A DNA stretch of 64,000 bases from the human T2T-CHM13v2.0 reference genome, Homo sapiens. Of this stretch, positions 59,896-64,000 are shown one piece after another. Numbering within the stretch: position 1 is the stretch's first letter; the number at the start of each line of letters is the position of its first letter. The position numbers were made by a program, and so were the translations under genes. The stretch lies in assembly GCF_009914755.1 (NCBI RefSeq), contig NC_060927.1; one strand, given 5' to 3'. A model generated the notes under the pieces. The model saw only the letters and a program-made list of their open reading frames with translations. It was not told the origin of the DNA and did not search any database.

Positions 59896-60224
59896 GTGCT
59901 TCAGATACATTTTTCAGATACAATGTGAAGACATTGAAGATATGTGGTCCCCTGAAAGTCACTGGCTGGAAATAATCCAATTATTCCTGCTTGGATTCTT
60001 CCACAGGGCCTGTGTAAGAATGGGTTCTGGAGTTCTCATGGTCTTTAGGAAATATTGAGTAATTTGTAATCACCGCATTGATACTATAATAAGTTCATTC
60101 TTAAGCTTGCTTTTTTTGAGACTGGTGTTTGTTAGACAGCCACAGTCCTGTCTGGGTTAGGGTCTTCCACATTTGAGGATCCTTCCTATCTCTCCATGGG
60201 ACTAGACTGCTTTGTTATTCTATT

Positions 60225-60518
60225 TATTTTTTAATTTTTTTCGAGACAGGATCTCACTCTGTTGCCCAGGATGGAGTGCAGTGGTGAGATCACGGCTCAT
60301 TGCAGCCTCGACCTCCCAGGTGATCCTCCCACCTCAGCTTCCAGATTAGCTGGTGCTATAGGCATGCACCACCACGTCCATCTAAATTTCTTTATTATTT
60401 GTAGAGATGAGGTCTTGCCATGTTACCCAGGCTGGTCTCAACTCCTGGGCTCAAGCGATCCTCCTGCCTCAGTCTCTCAAAGTGCTGGGATTACAGGTGT
60501 GAGCCACTGTGCCCAGCC
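60225..60518 (-). mobile_element. AluJ in UMPS 3'UTR
   Basis: Alu dimer. Confidence 0.9.
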
Positions 60519-60956
60519 TAATTGCAGTAAGACAAAAATTCTAGGGCACCAAGAGGCTAAAGTCAGCACAGCTTTTCTTGTGTCCTGTATTCTCTGTCTA
60601 ATGTGTTGCCCAAATAATACCTAATTGTTAGCCATTCCCCTCCATCTCTGGCCTAAAAGTGATAGTCCAGGTATCCACATGGGCTGGTTCCCAGAACTGC
60701 CATTGCTCACTCTCCAAAGAGGGGAAGGTGGGGAAGGGGAAGGTGACTATAGCTCAGCTCCTGAGCTAGTATCTGGCTGTTATTTCAACAACCGGAGTTG
60801 GGGTTTGGGCTCATTTTTTCCCCTAGCCAGCAATTATGGACCAGTAGTAACACAAGTGACAGCTTCCTGTGACTGACTTCACAATTAGGAGGTCTAAGAT
60901 TCCATTTGGGTATTTGCTTAAGGATCCCACATAATTGTCCCAACGGTCATTAGTAG

Positions 60957-61355
<399 letters not shown>

Positions 61356-61674
61356 TGAAGTTTTTACTTCAAGAGCTTCTGCTCTAAAGTCCAATTTGGG
61401 CTTCATGTCCCCAGTGCTGCATCTCCAGGGAAATGCTGTCTGTGGGAGAGACCAACTCTCAAGGAAGAAGTGGCCACAGAAGGAGCAGGAAGGGAGTTGG
61501 CCCTCAGGGCTACTCTGGGGAAGCCAAAAGTCATGAAGGGGAGAAGAATTTTCTGACAAAAACTTGCAGGAATCTCTTAGGTGTCTTCAGTGTTGGAGTG
61601 ATATGTTGAGAGGCCTTTGGAGTGATGTGCTGAGGTCTCAGGCGCCCACCTCCCTGGCTGTCACTTCCATGTGT

Positions 61675-61859
61675 CAGTGGTTCTCCCACTTTAGCAGGTA
61701 TCAGAGTCACCTGGAGTCTTGTCAAAACAGGTACCAGCCCCACCCGCAGCGTTTCTGACTCTGGGTAGCTCTGGGATGGGGCTTGAGAATTTGCGTTTCC
61801 AAAAAGGTCCCAGGTGATGCTGCGGTTGCCTGCGCAGGGACTGGACTTTGAGAACCACT
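61675..61859. mobile_element. Full-length MER5A
   Basis: Terminal inverted repeats AGTGGTTCTC...GAGAACCACT. Confidence 0.85.
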
Positions 61860-62561
61860 TCACTGGTTATTCACATTTCTGCCTCTGCAGTGAGACAGCC
61901 TTGAGGTCTGCCTCCTGCTAAGAGTCACATGCTCCTGTCCTTTAGAAATGTGGGCTCCTGCCATCTCCAGGACGCAGGCACTGTTCCTGTTGATGAACCC
62001 TATTTCACAGGACCCCTGCTAAGGTGATTTGAGGGGAAATGAGAGGAGGCTCAAATAATCACCCAGCCCCTGCCACTTACTGAAAGTGTAGGTCCTTGTG
62101 CCCCACACCATCAGAGTTTCTGCGTTAGCAGATTTGTGGTTTGCCCAGCAGCCTGGGCGTGTGCATTTCTAATGGGTGCCTCAAGTGATCTGTTTCTGAT
62201 TTGTATTTCTATTGTGAAGAGTCAGCCCAGTACTGCAGGCCTCTTACCTAAGCAGAATCCCAGTCTGGCATCAAAGCTTTAGAGGACAAGTTGATTCAGG
62301 CAGAGAAGAACTTGGGCTATACAAGCGCTGTTCTTCAGCATTGAAGTATTTTGGAGGCATTAGATAGTTTAACCCTTTCTCAGTCAAGGAATATTTACAG
62401 AACATGATCTCTGGGCATTGTAACTCCTGGTCTTAGTGGGGAATATAGGGACCCCATGTCTCCATGGGGTGCACAGAATGTCTGTGAGACTGATGGAGTG
62501 GAGAACGCCATCCCCCAGCCTCTCCAGCTACTCGAGGCATTCTGTAGAACATAAGCCCATA

Positions 62562-62564
<3 letters not shown>

Positions 62565-62621
<57 letters not shown>

Positions 62622-62639
62622 ATGCGCGCGCGTGCGCAC
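62565..62639. repeat. (TG)28 followed by CATGCGCGCGCGTGCGCAC
   Basis: Seen directly. Confidence 0.95.
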
Positions 62640-62824
62640 TGGAGGAACCTAAGAAACTATTTGGTGCACTTCCTCTTATTTTAGAGCTCCCAAAGTGTAG
62701 CTCCAGAATCGTAAAGGGATATGCTCAGTCTCACAGCCAGCCTGTGGATCTCAGTCCCAACACTCACCCTTGTGCTACTGAGTCAGCTCTAAGAAAATCT
62801 GCCAAAAGTAGGCCGAGGGCTGGT

Positions 62825-63057
62825 TTTTTGTTTTGTTTTGTTTGTTTGATACAGGGTCTTCACTCTGTTGCCCAGGCTGGAGTATATCATGGCTCACTGC
62901 AACCTTGACTTGGGCTCAAGCGATCCGCTCAAGTAGCTGGAACTACTCTCAAGTAGCTCTCAAGAGCCTCTCGAGTGGCTGGAACTACAGGCGTGCACCA
63001 CCACAGCTGGTTAATTTTTAAAATTTTTTGTAGAGACGGTGGAGGAGGTTCTCACTG
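62825..63057 (-). mobile_element. Rearranged AluJ fragment
   Basis: Alu right arm with internal duplications. Confidence 0.8.
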
Positions 63058-63289
63058 TGACTCAGTGTGTGCCCGACAGCAGAGCCCACACCACTCCAGT
63101 TGCAGTGGTTGCCATCTGGGTCATCAGACCTGGCTGTCAGGGGTGCAGCCACAGGAGAGCCAACAGCAGAGGGTGCTGGCCGCTGAGCTAGCTGCTAATG
63201 CTGGCCTGGGTGCAGTTCTCATCCAAAGTACCCGGTGGGTGGGAGTCACTCAGTACCAGTTCCGAGCCTGAACCCAAACTCTCGTGTTT

Positions 63290-63517
63290 CTGCTCACCCC
63301 TCTCTGGCTTCTGCCACCACATGGGAAGAATATGCCCTGGTTAGCCCATGGCTTCTGAAGAGCAAGAGAAAGTAGAGCAGAGCCTACTCCAGCCTCCCCC
63401 GTCCAATGTATGAAAGCCCCAGCTGATCTGTAAGCCTGGGAGCGTGATAAATGCTTAGTAGTGCATGCCATGGAGTTCCAGGGTGGTTTATTACACGGCA
63501 ATATCTAGCTAAATACA
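63290..63517 (+). mobile_element. MLT1-type LTR 3' part
   Basis: ataaatgctta..atgcca..ggtggtttattacacggcaata..gctaaataca terminus. Confidence 0.65.
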
Positions 63518-64000
63518 TTTAACTTGCTGCAGCTCTCTGGATCCAGCCTGGTTACCAGGAAGACAAAAACTGGGCTCCACCAGGAACCAGTCTTCTGCCT
63601 TCCCAACCATCACCTCTGGCTGCATCAGCGATCTCTCCCAGCGAAATAGCTGCTTGGTCTTGTGTGAATCCTGTACTTTAACACAGTGGACCAAGTGTCA
63701 GTCATTGAAAATGACCATGAGTAACCCTGTGGACTCTCTGCAGCTTGGTTCCTTTGCCCCTTAACAGGTGGGTATGAATCGTGTCTTCAGTGCCAGGGCT
63801 GAATGAGAAAGGGCATTCCTTTTTGAAGGAATCTGATACTAAACACAAAGCATGAGAAAAATCAGGACTTGTTGGAGTTATATTTTTAAAATATATATTT
63901 TAACAGTTATATATATTAGATATAATATATAATAGTATATATAAATAATACTATATTGCCCAGGCTGGTCTCGAACTCCTTAGCTCAAGTGATCCTCCTG

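Noticed and set aside
60721-60743. G-quadruplex in UMPS 3'UTR
   Set aside because: Only three runs of 3 or more G; at best a two-tier or bulged structure

Overview
Human (primate) genomic DNA, recognisable as the KALRN-UMPS locus (chr3q21). The + strand carries the last nine coding exons of kalirin (KALRN; Ig, FN3 and Ser/Thr kinase domains; stop at 35290) and a long, repeat-poor putative 3'UTR to about 42.2 kb. About 4 kb further on are the CpG-island promoter and all six coding exons of UMPS (OPRT + OMP decarboxylase). These exons sum to 1443 nt = 480 aa + stop. UMPS intron 1 holds MIR544B (inside a MER5A transposon), an antisense RPS26 processed pseudogene with intact target-site duplications, and an LTR remnant. 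The rest is Alu, L1/HAL1, L2, MIR, MER and MLT repeats plus microsatellites. I see no convincing wholly new biological system. The best leads are: a frame-compatible candidate KALRN exon at 709-870; an in-frame KALRN-UMPS read-through junction; a locally templated duplication inside an Alu tail; a triple hairpin repeat before UMPS exon 3; and a strong tandem CTCF site. Repeat subfamily calls and gene names come from memory, not from database searches.
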